Notes under the pieces: generated by a model
Seen by the model: the letters and a program-made list of their open reading frames with translations, nothing else
Databases searched by the model: none
Told to the model about the DNA's origin: nothing
In this document: positions 22,719 through 32,767 of the stretch, in pieces
Numbering within the stretch: position 1 is the stretch's first letter
Layout of the letters: every line of letters starts with the position of its first letter
Source: an uncultured Gemmatimonadaceae bacterium
Lineage (GTDB): Bacteria > Gemmatimonadota > Gemmatimonadetes > Gemmatimonadales > Gemmatimonadaceae
NCBI GenBank assembly: GCA_963843845.1
Contig: CAWJMB010000002.1
Location: 2,880,001 to 2,944,000 of the forward strand
Length of the DNA: 64,000 nucleotides
Reading direction: 5' to 3'
Position numbers and translations under genes: made by a program

Positions 22719-23795
22719 GTGCCGCCCTACCGCATGCCTGCCGAGTGGGAGCGCCACGACGCGACGTGGATCGCGTGGCCGCACCACGAGCCCGACTGGC
22801 CCGGCAAGCTCGGCCCGATTCCGTGGGTCTACGCCGAGATCGTGCGTGCGCTGCATCGGTCCGAGCGCGTCGAGATTCTCTGTCACGACGACGCCGTGCG
22901 CGAGTCGGCGCGCGGCGTGCTCGTCGCGCACGGCGTTGCAGCCGACGACGCGTCGCGCGTCCGGCTGCACGTGACGCCGAACGACCGCGTGTGGCTGCGT
23001 GACTCGGGCCCGACCGGCGTCCTCGGTGCGACGGGTGACCCGACGTGGCTGAACTGGGCGTTCAACGGCTGGGCGAAGTACGACAACTACGGGGCCGACG
23101 CGAACGTCGGGCGCGTGTTCGCGAGCGTGTCCGGGATCGACCGCGTCGAGCCGCTGCGGCCGGACGGGCGAGGGCGCCTCGTGCTCGAGGGCGGGGGCAT
23201 CGAGACGAACGGGGCCGGGGTGATGCTGGTCACCGAAGAGTGGCTCCTGTCCGACGTCCAGGTGCGGAACCCCGGTCTCACGCGCGAGCACTACGAGCGC
23301 GCGTTCCGCGACTGGCTCGGCGTTCGCCAGACGCTCTGGCTTGGCGAAGGGTGCGTCGGCGACGACACGCACGGACACGTCGACGACGTCGCTCGCTTCG
23401 TGACGGTCGACACGGTCGTGCTCGCGCACGAAGAGGATCCGGCCGACGAGAACCACCGCCGCTCCCTCGACAACCTCGACCGCCTGCATGCGGCCGCCGG
23501 GGCGCATGGTGCGCTCCGCGTCGTGACGCTTCCCTTCCCGCGCCCCGTGACGATGGACGGCGTGCGCCTCCCGGCGAGCTACGCGAACTTCTACATCGCG
23601 AACGGCGTGGTGCTCGTGCCCACGTTCAACGACCGCAACGACCGCATCGCGCTGAACACGCTGGCCGAGCTGTTTCCGGATCGCGAGGTCGTCGGCATCC
23701 ACGCCGTCGACCTCGTGTGGGGGCTCGGGACGCTGCACTGCCTCACGCAGCAACAGCCGGCCGCGCAGCCGCTCGCGGCCAGGAGCGCGGCATGA
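22719..23795 (+). CDS. aguA: Agmatine deiminase family protein
   Basis: MPAEWE, WLRDSGP, EGGG, DTHGHVD, SYANF and GTLHCLTQQ. Confidence 0.93.
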   Translation: MPPYRMPAEWERHDATWIAWPHHEPDWPGKLGPIPWVYAEIVRALHRSERVEILCHDDAVRESARGVLVAHGVAADDASRVRLHVTPNDRVWLRDSGPTGVLGATGDPTWLNWAFNGWAKYDNYGADANVGRVFASVSGIDRVEPLRPDGRGRLVLEGGGIETNGAGVMLVTEEWLLSDVQVRNPGLTREHYERAFRDWLGVRQTLWLGEGCVGDDTHGHVDDVARFVTVDTVVLAHEEDPADENHRRSLDNLDRLHAAAGAHGALRVVTLPFPRPVTMDGVRLPASYANFYIANGVVLVPTFNDRNDRIALNTLAELFPDREVVGIHAVDLVWGLGTLHCLTQQQPAAQPLAARSAA

Positions 23796-24385
23796 GCGCG
23801 CCGCTTCCCCCCTGGGCGACCACGCGGCAGGGTGGGCCGCCGGCGGCCGACTCGCCGCTCGACCGTCAGTACGCGGCGTTCATCGGGCCGCGCTGGACGA
23901 CGTACCGGCGCAAGTTCGCGCCGTTCTTCGACGACCCGCGCTTCCAGCCGACGTGGAACTGGTCGGCCGGCCTGTTCACGCCGGTCTGGTTTCTCTACCG
24001 AAAGCTGTACCTGCCGTTCGTGTTCTTCTGGGTCATCCCCGGCGTCGTGTTCCGCATGCTCTGGGACGGCGATCCGCCGACGATGCGTGCGATCGGCGCG
24101 TCCGGCGGCGCGCCGTCGCCGGCGATGACCGACGCCGCGCTCGTGCTGTTCGGCGTGCAGCTCTCGGCGATGCTGCTCGCAGGAGGGTCGGCGAACTACC
24201 TGCTGTTCCGGCGCGCGAAGGCCGCGATCCGGCTCGCCCAACAGGGCGCCTTCGATGCGCCGACGCTGCTCACCCGGCTGGAGCGGTTCGGCAGCGTGAA
24301 CCGCACGGGGGTCTTCGTCGTGATCGCCGTCGTGCTCTTCGGTGCGGTCGCGGCGATGAACGGGGCGGGAGGCGCCGCGCGCTAA
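23792..24385 (+). CDS. DUF2628-like membrane protein
   Basis: WNWSAGLFTPVWFLYRKLY motif; ATGA overlap with aguA. Confidence 0.75.
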   Translation: MSAPLPPWATTRQGGPPAADSPLDRQYAAFIGPRWTTYRRKFAPFFDDPRFQPTWNWSAGLFTPVWFLYRKLYLPFVFFWVIPGVVFRMLWDGDPPTMRAIGASGGAPSPAMTDAALVLFGVQLSAMLLAGGSANYLLFRRAKAAIRLAQQGAFDAPTLLTRLERFGSVNRTGVFVVIAVVLFGAVAAMNGAGGAAR

Positions 24386-24495
24386 GCGCCGCGCCCTCAG
24401 CCACTTAGAGCGGAACGCGGGGTCGATCTTCGGGTACTGTTCGGACGAGGGGTTTGCTCCGATTCACGTAGCCGACGACCGAAGGAACGCTGTCG

Positions 24496-25761
24496 ATGGA
24501 TACCCGCCGTAAGCTCGCCGTCCTCGCGGATGCCGCGCGGTTCGACGCGCCGTGCGCTCGCCGCGTCGGCCCCGACCGCCCCGGCGCGTCGACCCACGCC
24601 GCCCTGCCGGTGATCGAGCCGCTCGACCACCCCGAGGACCTCGGCATCTGCTACGCGATCGCCGCCGACGGCCGGCGCGTCGCGCTGCTCAAGGTGCTGC
24701 TCACGAACCACTGCATCCACGACTGCGGCTATTGCGTGAACCGCCGGTCCGCGGATGTCGAGCGGGCGCGCTTCACGGTCGAGGAGATCGTGCGCCTCGT
24801 GCTCGAGCGCCACCGGCAGGGCGCGATCGACGGCCTGTTCCTCTCCTCCGGCGTGATGCGCAGCGCCGACTACACGATGGAGCAGATGAACGGCGTCGCC
24901 CGCTCGCTGCGACGCGACCACGCGTTCGACGGCTACATCCACCTGAAGGCGATCCCCGAGGCGAGCCCCGAGCTGATCGAAGAGGCGGGGCGCTGGGCCG
25001 ACCGCCTCAGCGTGAACGTGGAGCTGCCGACGCAGCAGCACCTCGACGCGCTCGCGCCGGGACGCCGGCTCGTGACGATCGCGCGCGCGATGGGCCGCAT
25101 CCGCGACGGCATCGCCGAGTCGGAGGACGCGCAACGGCGGTACGTGCGGGCGCCGGCGTTCGCGCCGGCCGGCCAGGTGACGCAGATGGTCGTCGGCGCC
25201 GACGATTCGAGCGACCGGCAGATCCTGTCCGTCGCGACGACGCTCTACGACCGGCAGCGGCTGCGGCGCGTCTACTACGGCACGTACGTGCCGATCGCCG
25301 GCGGGCCGGACGCCGCGCCGACGGCCGTCGACGGCATCTCGCTCGCCCGCGAGCACCGCCTCTATCAGGCCGACTGGCTGCTACGACAGTACGGCTTCGC
25401 GCTTCCCGAGCTCGTTCCCGACGACCAGCCGAACCTCGCGCTCGACATGGACCCGAAGCTCGCGTGGGCGTTGCGGCGGCGCGACCAGTTTCCGGTCGAC
25501 CTGAATCGCGCGTCGCGTCAGGAGCTGCTCCGCGTGCCCGGGCTCGGGCGCACCTCGGTCGACGCGCTGCTCAGGCTGCGACGCACGCGCCGGGTACGTA
25601 CGTCGGACCTCGTGCCGCTCAGGGTGCCGCTCGCGCGGACGCTCCCGTTCATCGTCGCGGCAGACGAGAACCCTGCGCTGCGCCTGCTCGACTCGGCGAC
25701 GCTGCGCGACCGGCTCGCGCCGAAGCACGCGCAGCTCGATCTGTTCCGCGCCGCGAGCTAG
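24496..25761 (+). CDS. Putative DNA modification/repair radical SAM protein with helix-hairpin-helix
   Basis: CIHDCGYC, GLFLSSG, YIHLKAIP, REHRLYQADWL, DPKLAWAL and LLRVPGLG. Confidence 0.92.
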   Translation: MDTRRKLAVLADAARFDAPCARRVGPDRPGASTHAALPVIEPLDHPEDLGICYAIAADGRRVALLKVLLTNHCIHDCGYCVNRRSADVERARFTVEEIVRLVLERHRQGAIDGLFLSSGVMRSADYTMEQMNGVARSLRRDHAFDGYIHLKAIPEASPELIEEAGRWADRLSVNVELPTQQHLDALAPGRRLVTIARAMGRIRDGIAESEDAQRRYVRAPAFAPAGQVTQMVVGADDSSDRQILSVATTLYDRQRLRRVYYGTYVPIAGGPDAAPTAVDGISLAREHRLYQADWLLRQYGFALPELVPDDQPNLALDMDPKLAWALRRRDQFPVDLNRASRQELLRVPGLGRTSVDALLRLRRTRRVRTSDLVPLRVPLARTLPFIVAADENPALRLLDSATLRDRLAPKHAQLDLFRAAS

Positions 25762-26996
25762 CGAAGCCCGCGGCGCCGGGACGCGAGCCGCGCGATCGCC
25801 GCCAGGGCGGCGAGCCACGCGAGCCAGACGGCGCGCTCCGGCGGGTGCAGCGTCGTCGCCGTCTGCCAGACGAGGGTCGGGACCGTCGCGCCCACCGCGA
25901 GCCACGACGCAGCGCCCGGCCGTCGTCGCGCGACGACGGTGACGGCGCCGGCGCCGATCGCGTCTTCGATCCGGCCGCCGAGCGCGCTCGGCGCGAGCGT
26001 GCGCCAGCCGGGGATGCGAAGCAGGTTCCACGCGACGACCGTGCGCCCCCAGCCGTGATGATTCGACCCCGCGACGCGCGTGATGCCTAACGACTCGGCG
26101 CGCGTGTCGATCGCGTTCCGCTCGCGGTCGCCCTGCCACAGTCCTTTCGGCGCGCCGTCGACGATCTCGACGGCGCGCATGAACGGCGGCGTGTCGCGCG
26201 TCGCCGCCGTCGCCGTGGCGAGCACCGGTCCCGGGATCGTCGCGATCGTGAGCGGCGGCCGCCCGGTCGCGAGCGTCGCCGCGTCGAGGTGCTGGCGCAC
26301 GACGAGCGCGCTGTCGGCCGGCGTCGCGCCGAGGAAGACGGCGTTGAGATCGCCGACGTAGCCCTCGAGCGCCGAGAGGAGCACGACCCCGTCACCGGCG
26401 CGGCGGGGGTTCGTCGTGAGCGCGAGGCGGACGCCGCGCCACGAGCGGTGATCGCTGACATAGGCCGCGTCGAAGCCTCCCGCGGCGTGCCACGCCCGGC
26501 GCCGGCCGACGTCGAACCACCGCGGCACGTCGGGCGACGCGTTCGTGTGCGCGTGCACGTCGACCCGCACCACGTCGGGACTGGCGGCGACGAGCCGCGC
26601 CATCGGGCGCTCGAGCAATGTCGCTGCGGCGTAGCTCGCGAACGTCGTCGCGGCCATCGCCGCGAGCACCAGCGACGCCCGTCTCGGTCGCACGCGTCGC
26701 CCTCGCCACCACGCCATCCAGACGGCGAGCGCCGTGCACCAGAGCGCGACGTGCTGCGGCAGCGAGAGCAGCGACAGCGCGTCGCACACCCGGGACACGG
26801 GCGACAGCAGCACGTAGCCGAGCGGGAGCTCGAGTCGCGCGCTCGCCGGCGGGCCGGCGAGCGTCACGAGATCCGGCTGCGCCGCGGCGGCCGACAGCAC
26901 GACCAGTAGCGCGCCGATGATCGTGGGGACCGCCGCGGACGATCTGGGCCGGTCGCGCGCGCCGTCACGCGAACGCAGCGACGCGCCCGCCCTCAC
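25758..26996 (-). CDS. Membrane-anchored PHP-domain protein
   Basis: DVHAHT, SDH and GSNHHG PHP-like motifs flanked by TM segments; GTGA overlap with the GT2 stop. Confidence 0.72.
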   Translation of the reverse strand: MRAGASLRSRDGARDRPRSSAAVPTIIGALLVVLSAAAAQPDLVTLAGPPASARLELPLGYVLLSPVSRVCDALSLLSLPQHVALWCTALAVWMAWWRGRRVRPRRASLVLAAMAATTFASYAAATLLERPMARLVAASPDVVRVDVHAHTNASPDVPRWFDVGRRRAWHAAGGFDAAYVSDHRSWRGVRLALTTNPRRAGDGVVLLSALEGYVGDLNAVFLGATPADSALVVRQHLDAATLATGRPPLTIATIPGPVLATATAATRDTPPFMRAVEIVDGAPKGLWQGDRERNAIDTRAESLGITRVAGSNHHGWGRTVVAWNLLRIPGWRTLAPSALGGRIEDAIGAGAVTVVARRRPGAASWLAVGATVPTLVWQTATTLHPPERAVWLAWLAALAAIARLASRRRGLR

Positions 26997-27883
26997 ACCG
27001 CGGCGACCGATCGCGCGAGCGACGACTCGACCGGCGTGCCCGCGCGGCGCACGGTCAGGCGTGCGTCCGGCTGCAGCTCCGCGATGCCCAGCCGCGAGCG
27101 CGTCACGCCGTCGCGCTGGATCGCCTGCCGAACGCGGTCGTTCGCGCGCCACTGCGCGCGATCGACGTACGGCCGCGCGTGGTCGAGGTGCACGCACACG
27201 GCGCGGTGGCGCACTTGCCGCCCGACCACGCCGGCGTTGCGCAGCAGCGCGCCGAACGCCCGGTCGAGCCCGCCGTAGCCGAGTTGCGCGTCGAAGCCGT
27301 TCGCGTCGAGCACGAGCGATCGCCACGTCGACGCATTGTGCCCGTTCCACGTGCGGCGCGTCGGCGTCACGCGGTCGAGCAGCCCGGCGAGCGACGGCGA
27401 CCGCACGAGCCGCAGCGCGCGACGATCGGCGCGCCACCCCGCGTCGCGCAGCCAGGGCAGTGAGAGCGCGCGTCCGGCTCGCACGTCGTCGGTCGTCACG
27501 CGCCCCGTGACCGACGCCGGCAGCTTCACGTACCCGCCCGAGAGGAACACACCGGGCCGCGCGAGGCGTGCGTGGGCGTCGACGAAGTCGTCGCGCGGAA
27601 CGCAGTCGCCGTCGGAGAACACGAGGTAGTCGCCCGCGGACGCGACGATCGCGCGGTTCAGGATCGTCGTCTTGCGGAAGCCGTCGTCGGCGTGCCAGAC
27701 GTGCGTGATCGAGAGCCCCGTCGCGTCGGCCGTGCGGTCGATGACGTCGGCCGTGCGCGCGTCCGAGCCGTCGTCCGCGATGACGACGTCGAAGTCGGCG
27801 AACGACTGCATGGCGTAACCCCAGAGCACGCGCTCCAGGTGCCCGGGCTGATTGTACGTCGTTAGGATGACCGAGATGCGCAT
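26993..27883 (-). CDS. Glycosyltransferase family 2
   Basis: ISVILTTYN, ADDGS, FSDGDC and NGFD motifs. Confidence 0.92.
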   Translation of the reverse strand: MRISVILTTYNQPGHLERVLWGYAMQSFADFDVVIADDGSDARTADVIDRTADATGLSITHVWHADDGFRKTTILNRAIVASAGDYLVFSDGDCVPRDDFVDAHARLARPGVFLSGGYVKLPASVTGRVTTDDVRAGRALSLPWLRDAGWRADRRALRLVRSPSLAGLLDRVTPTRRTWNGHNASTWRSLVLDANGFDAQLGYGGLDRAFGALLRNAGVVGRQVRHRAVCVHLDHARPYVDRAQWRANDRVRQAIQRDGVTRSRLGIAELQPDARLTVRRAGTPVESSLARSVAAV

Positions 27884-28763
27884 GACGAGCTGCTCACGAG
27901 CGCCGCAGCACCAATTCTACGCGCCGGCCCCGCGCCGCGCGGCCCCGTCGCTCGCGACGATCGTCGCGGTCGCGACGTTCACCACACCCGGCGCGGCGCG
28001 CGCGCAGCTCCGCCCGCTCGACCCGCTGGACTGGTCCGCGCTGCGCAGCGACGTCACGACGAGCGGTTGGATCGGCGCCGGCCGCTTCGCCGACCAGCGC
28101 GCCTCGCTCGCCGGCGTGCAGGGACGCCTCACCGAAGCCGGCAACTTCCTCGTCGCGTGGCGCACCGGGCGCGTGCTGCTCGAGGCGGGGGGCACCGTGC
28201 AGCGCACGTTCCGCGACGACTCGGTCTACCGTGGCGCGCTCCCGGGCGTGCGCGGTGATCGCGGCCCGGGTGTTCGACGCTCCGGCTCCGGCGACTACCG
28301 GGTCTTCACGACGGTGCTGCTCACGCCCCCGACGTCGTCCGTCCGCGCCGCGACGCGGTTCGGCACGCGGCTGCCGACGACCGACAACCGCAACGGGCTC
28401 GATCGCGATCTCACCGACTTCTACGGACTGATCGATCTCGGCTACACGCGCGGCCCGTTCGACGCCGCGCTCGAGACGGGGATCGGGATCGTCGGAACGC
28501 GGTTCGAGGACTACGAGCAGGCGGACATCGTGCAGTACGCCGGCACCCTCTCCTACCGCATCGGCGCGCTGACGCCGTCGGTCATGCTGCTCGGCCAGGC
28601 GACGACGGCGGACTTCCAGGCATTCGGCACCGAGAATCTCGCCGAAGTGCGCCCGACGGTGCAGCTCGGCGCGCGACGGTGGGTGCGCGTCGCCGGCGTG
28701 TTCGGGCTCGCGCGCCACAGCCCGTCGCGCGGTGTGCTCGTGAGCGCGGGGCTGCGTCGTTAG
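27882..28763 (+). CDS. Hypothetical secreted/outer-membrane beta-strand protein (start uncertain)
   Basis: Signal-like ...GAARAQ, then amphipathic beta strands (GSGD...TRLPT pattern). Confidence 0.65.
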   Translation: MTSCSRAPQHQFYAPAPRRAAPSLATIVAVATFTTPGAARAQLRPLDPLDWSALRSDVTTSGWIGAGRFADQRASLAGVQGRLTEAGNFLVAWRTGRVLLEAGGTVQRTFRDDSVYRGALPGVRGDRGPGVRRSGSGDYRVFTTVLLTPPTSSVRAATRFGTRLPTTDNRNGLDRDLTDFYGLIDLGYTRGPFDAALETGIGIVGTRFEDYEQADIVQYAGTLSYRIGALTPSVMLLGQATTADFQAFGTENLAEVRPTVQLGARRWVRVAGVFGLARHSPSRGVLVSAGLRR

Positions 28764-28771
28764 GCACCTGC

Positions 28772-30334
28772 TCAGAACCACGCGCGCACCGTCGCCGAGA
28801 GCGCGTCGGCCCGCCAGGCGGGGCGTGCCGGGCGGAGCGCCAGCGCATCTCCCCGCTCGACGGCCGCCGCCGCCTGCACCTCCGCGCGCGCACCGAGTCG
28901 CACGATCGCGCGCGCCGACCCGCCGTGGCTTCGCCCCTGCCAGTTCGGAGCGAACAGGTTCTCCTCCCCCCGCACGCGGCGGAACGCGGTCGCGCGAAGC
29001 CGCACGCGCGCGTCGGCCAGCTCGGCTCGCGCGACGACGGCGGTCTGCGCCCCTTCCCCGCCCAGCGGATGCCCGATGAGCGCGCCTCCCTCGGTCCACC
29101 CGTCGCGAAAGATCGCGTGACGCCCCCACGGGGGATTCCGGCAGCAACTGTGCGCGAAGCTCGATCGCTCGGCGCCGACGGCGAGCCACGGCGCGCCGGG
29201 GACGACCGGCAGCTCCACTCCGGCGACGATTCCCGGCACGTCGCGGATGGCGCCCGCCGCGTCTTCGGTGCCCCACTCGAGATGCCCGACGACCGGGACG
29301 CCGCCCACCGTCGGCGTGAGCCGCGCGTCGAACGACATGACCTGATCTTCGAAGCCGGGGCGCCCTTTCCGGAAGCCGATGAACGCGAGGTCGAGCAACC
29401 GCTGCACCGTCACGCGCTCGTTGTCGTCGCCGCCGAAGATGGTGCCGCGGTTCCAGCCGAGCTGCAGGACACGCAGCGGCGCGATCGAGAGCCGCCCGCC
29501 GGCGAAGTACGGATGCCGCTGCGTGTAGTTCGAATCGAGTCGCGACGCCCACACCTCGGCGTGCCAGGGGCCGAGGTGACGAAGCACACCGGGGATGCGC
29601 GAGCCGCGCAGGATGAAGAGCCCCGCACCGTCGAACGCCGCGCCGCCCCCGATCGTCACACCGCCGAGCGACGACGGGCCGTACGCCGGGGCGCGGCGGC
29701 CGGCCCAGATCCCCAACGCGCCGACGGCGAGCACCGCCTGCGCGCGGTCGACGGCGACGCGGTCGGGCGACCCGCCGACCTCGACGCGCAGCGCGAGACG
29801 GCGGCCGGCGCGCGCGGCGAGCGTGGCGCGTCCGGCGAGGCCGTCGGCGCCCGCGATCCGGCGCGGCGGAGGGAAGATCGAGGTCGTCAGCCCGGCGCCG
29901 GGCGCGAGCTGACCGGTCTCGCGCCCCACACCCGCCGCGAGCGTCGCCGACACCGTCGTGGCACCGAGCGACTCGCGGAACTCCTCGCGCAGACGTGCGA
30001 GGTACGCCCGACCGAGCGCGCCGAGCGGATCGGTCGCCGGCCGCGACGCCGCGCGCTCGAGCACGAGCACGACGTCGCCGAGCGACGGGGTCCGCGCGCC
30101 GCCGTCGAAGCGCACGTCGCGATCGGCCGCGTCGAGCTTGCGCGCGGCGTCGACGCTCCAGTGGCCGACCGGCAGGAAGATGGTCGCCGCGACCGTCTGC
30201 GCGCCGAGCGTGCGCGCGCCAGCGACCAGGCACGCGCCGAGCACCAGGCACACGCCGAGCGCCCGGCGCGTGATGACCGTGAGGCACTCGGCGCGCGGGG
30301 ACGTCGCGCGGCGCGGACGCAGACGCCGGCGCAT
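28772..30334 (-). CDS. Capsule assembly Wzi-like outer-membrane protein
   Basis: Signal peptide; GRRAPAYGP..GG, IFGG, DQ..SFD, GHPLG; C-terminal aromatic residue (WF). Confidence 0.72.
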   Translation of the reverse strand: MRRRLRPRRATSPRAECLTVITRRALGVCLVLGACLVAGARTLGAQTVAATIFLPVGHWSVDAARKLDAADRDVRFDGGARTPSLGDVVLVLERAASRPATDPLGALGRAYLARLREEFRESLGATTVSATLAAGVGRETGQLAPGAGLTTSIFPPPRRIAGADGLAGRATLAARAGRRLALRVEVGGSPDRVAVDRAQAVLAVGALGIWAGRRAPAYGPSSLGGVTIGGGAAFDGAGLFILRGSRIPGVLRHLGPWHAEVWASRLDSNYTQRHPYFAGGRLSIAPLRVLQLGWNRGTIFGGDDNERVTVQRLLDLAFIGFRKGRPGFEDQVMSFDARLTPTVGGVPVVGHLEWGTEDAAGAIRDVPGIVAGVELPVVPGAPWLAVGAERSSFAHSCCRNPPWGRHAIFRDGWTEGGALIGHPLGGEGAQTAVVARAELADARVRLRATAFRRVRGEENLFAPNWQGRSHGGSARAIVRLGARAEVQAAAAVERGDALALRPARPAWRADALSATVRAWF

Positions 30335-31305
30335 CAGAACCCGTACTGCTGGCGGACCGGCGGAGACGAGCGCCAGCGGTTGTGCATCCACAGCCACTGC
30401 TCGGGGAACGCGCGGATGATCGACTCGATGTGCGCGTTCACCGCCGTCGTGAGTCGTACCACGTCGGCTGCTCGGTCGCCGCTCGGCTCGGGCAGTACGT
30501 GCCCGTGGCTGCGCACCGCGAAGCCGCCGCGGCCGTCGCGCACGCACGAGAAGAAGAGCAGCGGCGCGCCCGACTTCAGCGCGACGCGCGCCGGCCCGTC
30601 GAACGTGCCGGTCGGGTGCCCGAAGAACGGCGCCACGACGTCGCGCGCGTTCTGGTCGGCGATGATCGCGACGCACGCCCCGCGTGCGAGCCCGTCGTAC
30701 AGGGGCCGGAGCGACTGGCCGCGCGTGACGACGTGAATTCCGTTCCGCGCGCGCAGACCGATCATGATCGCCGTCGTCCCCGGATCGGCGGCCTCGCGCG
30801 CGAGTGCGAGCACCTCGTGGCCGCGCGCGGCGAGCCAGCGCCCCATGACCTCGAAGTTGCCGACGTGCCCCGTGACGAGGATGACGCCCCGTCCCCGCGC
30901 GAGCAGCGCGCGCAGCTCGTCGTACGACGCCGGCTCGACGCGCAGCAACGACTCTGCCTGCGCAGCGGACATGAACGCGAAGCGGATCGTCTCGATCGCC
31001 GTCATGCCGAAATGCTCGAAACTCTCCCGCGCGATGCGCTCGCGCTCGTGGGGCGTGAGCGTGTCTCCGTACGCGATGCGGAGGTTCCGCAGCGCGACCG
31101 TGCGCCGGCGCCGCTGCGTCCGCCACGTGAGCCGGCCGAGCGCGCGGCCGAGCGCGAGTGCGCGGTCGTGGCCGCCGGGGTAGAGGCGCAGGAGCTGGAT
31201 GAGTGTCCGCAGCGCGCCGCGTCCGAGCGCGCGGCCGACGGTCTGCGTCGCGCGCGTCGCGCGCGTCGTGCGGCGGTGAGGGCGAGCTGCTGGCGGCGTC
31301 GGCAC
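30334..31305 (-). CDS. Lipid A late acyltransferase / lysophospholipid acyltransferase (LpxL-like)
   Basis: NLRIAY, GHVGNFE, ADQ, FFG and PEQWLWMHNRW. Confidence 0.9.
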   Translation of the reverse strand: MPTPPAARPHRRTTRATRATQTVGRALGRGALRTLIQLLRLYPGGHDRALALGRALGRLTWRTQRRRRTVALRNLRIAYGDTLTPHERERIARESFEHFGMTAIETIRFAFMSAAQAESLLRVEPASYDELRALLARGRGVILVTGHVGNFEVMGRWLAARGHEVLALAREAADPGTTAIMIGLRARNGIHVVTRGQSLRPLYDGLARGACVAIIADQNARDVVAPFFGHPTGTFDGPARVALKSGAPLLFFSCVRDGRGGFAVRSHGHVLPEPSGDRAADVVRLTTAVNAHIESIIRAFPEQWLWMHNRWRSSPPVRQQYGF

Positions 31306-31348
31306 GACGTCAGGGTAACGCGCCGCGCCCGGCGAAGCCAAGCGGGTG

Positions 31349-31888
31349 TTACCGCTCGGCGCGTGCGATGGCCTCGTCGAGCAGTCCGCTCGCCCGCGCC
31401 GCATCGGCCCTGCCTAACAGCGTCACGTGCGTACCGAGGGCGGTCGGATAGGCGACGAGAAATCGCTGGACGTCGTCGAGCAGCTCGGGCGGGAGCTGCT
31501 CGACGTCGTGGACGCGGGCGAACGTGCGCGACAGCACCCCCACCCCGACGAGTCGGTCGTTGCGCTGCGGCGCTCCGTCGTCGCTCGTCGTCTCGAGCTC
31601 GATCGCGCCGACGAGCCGCGTCTGTACCACCACGCCCGGCGGGAGCGGGCCGTCGAGCAGCAGCAGCACGTCGAGCGGGTCGCCGTCGCCGGCGCGCGTA
31701 CCGGGGACGAATCCGAACTCGAACGGAAACGCGAGCCCGAGCGGCAGCACCTTCTTCAGCACGAACACCCCGCGCTCGGCGTCGAGGCTGATCTTGTGGA
31801 CGCTGCCGCGCGGCGTCTCGACGACGACGTTGACGTGGCCGCCGTCGTCACGCGGCGCGAGTCGGAGCAACGGGTGGGCAGGCGCCAT
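31349..31888 (-). CDS. ppa: Inorganic pyrophosphatase, family I
   Basis: ETPRGS, FGFVPGT and DGDPLDV. Confidence 0.88.
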   Translation of the reverse strand: MAPAHPLLRLAPRDDGGHVNVVVETPRGSVHKISLDAERGVFVLKKVLPLGLAFPFEFGFVPGTRAGDGDPLDVLLLLDGPLPPGVVVQTRLVGAIELETTSDDGAPQRNDRLVGVGVLSRTFARVHDVEQLPPELLDDVQRFLVAYPTALGTHVTLLGRADAARASGLLDEAIARAER

Positions 31889-31939
31889 ACCGCGCTCACT
31901 CGCACGCCGCGCGCCGCCGGAGCGAGGTGGTCCGGCGAC

Positions 31940-32599
31940 TCAGAACGACAGGCGCACGCCGACGCTGCCGGCGACGTTGTGCGTCCAGTCGCCGCGCACG
32001 CCGACGCCGGTGCTGCCACTCGCGTCGAAGCGGCCGACGTAGTCTTTCACCATCGCGCGGACGCCGAGCCCGCTGCCGAGCGCCAGGTCGACGCCGGCGC
32101 CGCCGTTGAACGCGAGGTTCGTGTCCTTCGTGCGGAGCAGCACGTTCTGCAGCCGCGTCTCGATGGCGCCGACGCCGCCCTGCGCGAACGGGGTGATCGT
32201 GCGCGACGCACCGGCGAGCGGCAGCCGCCCTTCGACGCCCACGTCGTACACGAGGTGCCTGGTCGTCCCGACGTCGAGGCCACCGATGATCGGCAGACCG
32301 ATCTCGAGGTCCGAGCTGGCATACGCGACGTTGCCGACGACGCTCACGTGCTCGCTCAACGCGAGCCCTGCCTGCGCGCCGTAGAGCGCCGACCCCGCGC
32401 TTCGCAGACTCGTGCCGAGCGGGCCGTCGAGCAGCGTGCCGAAGCGCGCGAAGCCGGCGTAGGGCGTGACGTCGAGAACGGTGGGCTTCGGCGACGCGGC
32501 ACGCGAGCGCTGCGCGGCGAGGGGGGCGGCGGCCGCAGTGGCGGCGGCGAGGAGGATCGACGTGGTGCGCACGAGCGGACGAACGAGGGATCGATGCAT
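31940..32599 (-). CDS. Outer-membrane beta-barrel protein
   Basis: Signal peptide, about 8 amphipathic strands, terminal Phe (VRLSF). Confidence 0.82.
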   Translation of the reverse strand: MHRSLVRPLVRTTSILLAAATAAAAPLAAQRSRAASPKPTVLDVTPYAGFARFGTLLDGPLGTSLRSAGSALYGAQAGLALSEHVSVVGNVAYASSDLEIGLPIIGGLDVGTTRHLVYDVGVEGRLPLAGASRTITPFAQGGVGAIETRLQNVLLRTKDTNLAFNGGAGVDLALGSGLGVRAMVKDYVGRFDASGSTGVGVRGDWTHNVAGSVGVRLSF

Positions 32600-32686
32600 G
32601 AGCGGCCTCTGGGAATCGGCTCGCGGATGCGAGCCACGCCCCAGCGGAGGAGCAGCATCGAGACCAGCGGGCGATACGCTACAACA

Positions 32687-32701
32687 CGTTGTCCGACAAC
32701 G
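32687..32701. promoter_or_regulatory. Palindromic operator candidate CGTTGTCCGACAACG
   Basis: Perfect 7-1-7 inverted repeat in an AT-richer intergenic region upstream of the beta-barrel gene. Confidence 0.5.
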
Positions 32702-32767
32702 AGTTACACCACACGCGCCGGCGTCGGCTGTCGCGCGGAAGGGACAGCGCGGCGTCCTCGCAGACCA

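Noticed and set aside
24408..24445. SOS box upstream of the radical SAM gene (GAACGCGGGGTC; CTTC-N7-GTTC)
   Set aside because: Only mismatched hits, and I do not know the LexA motif of this lineage.
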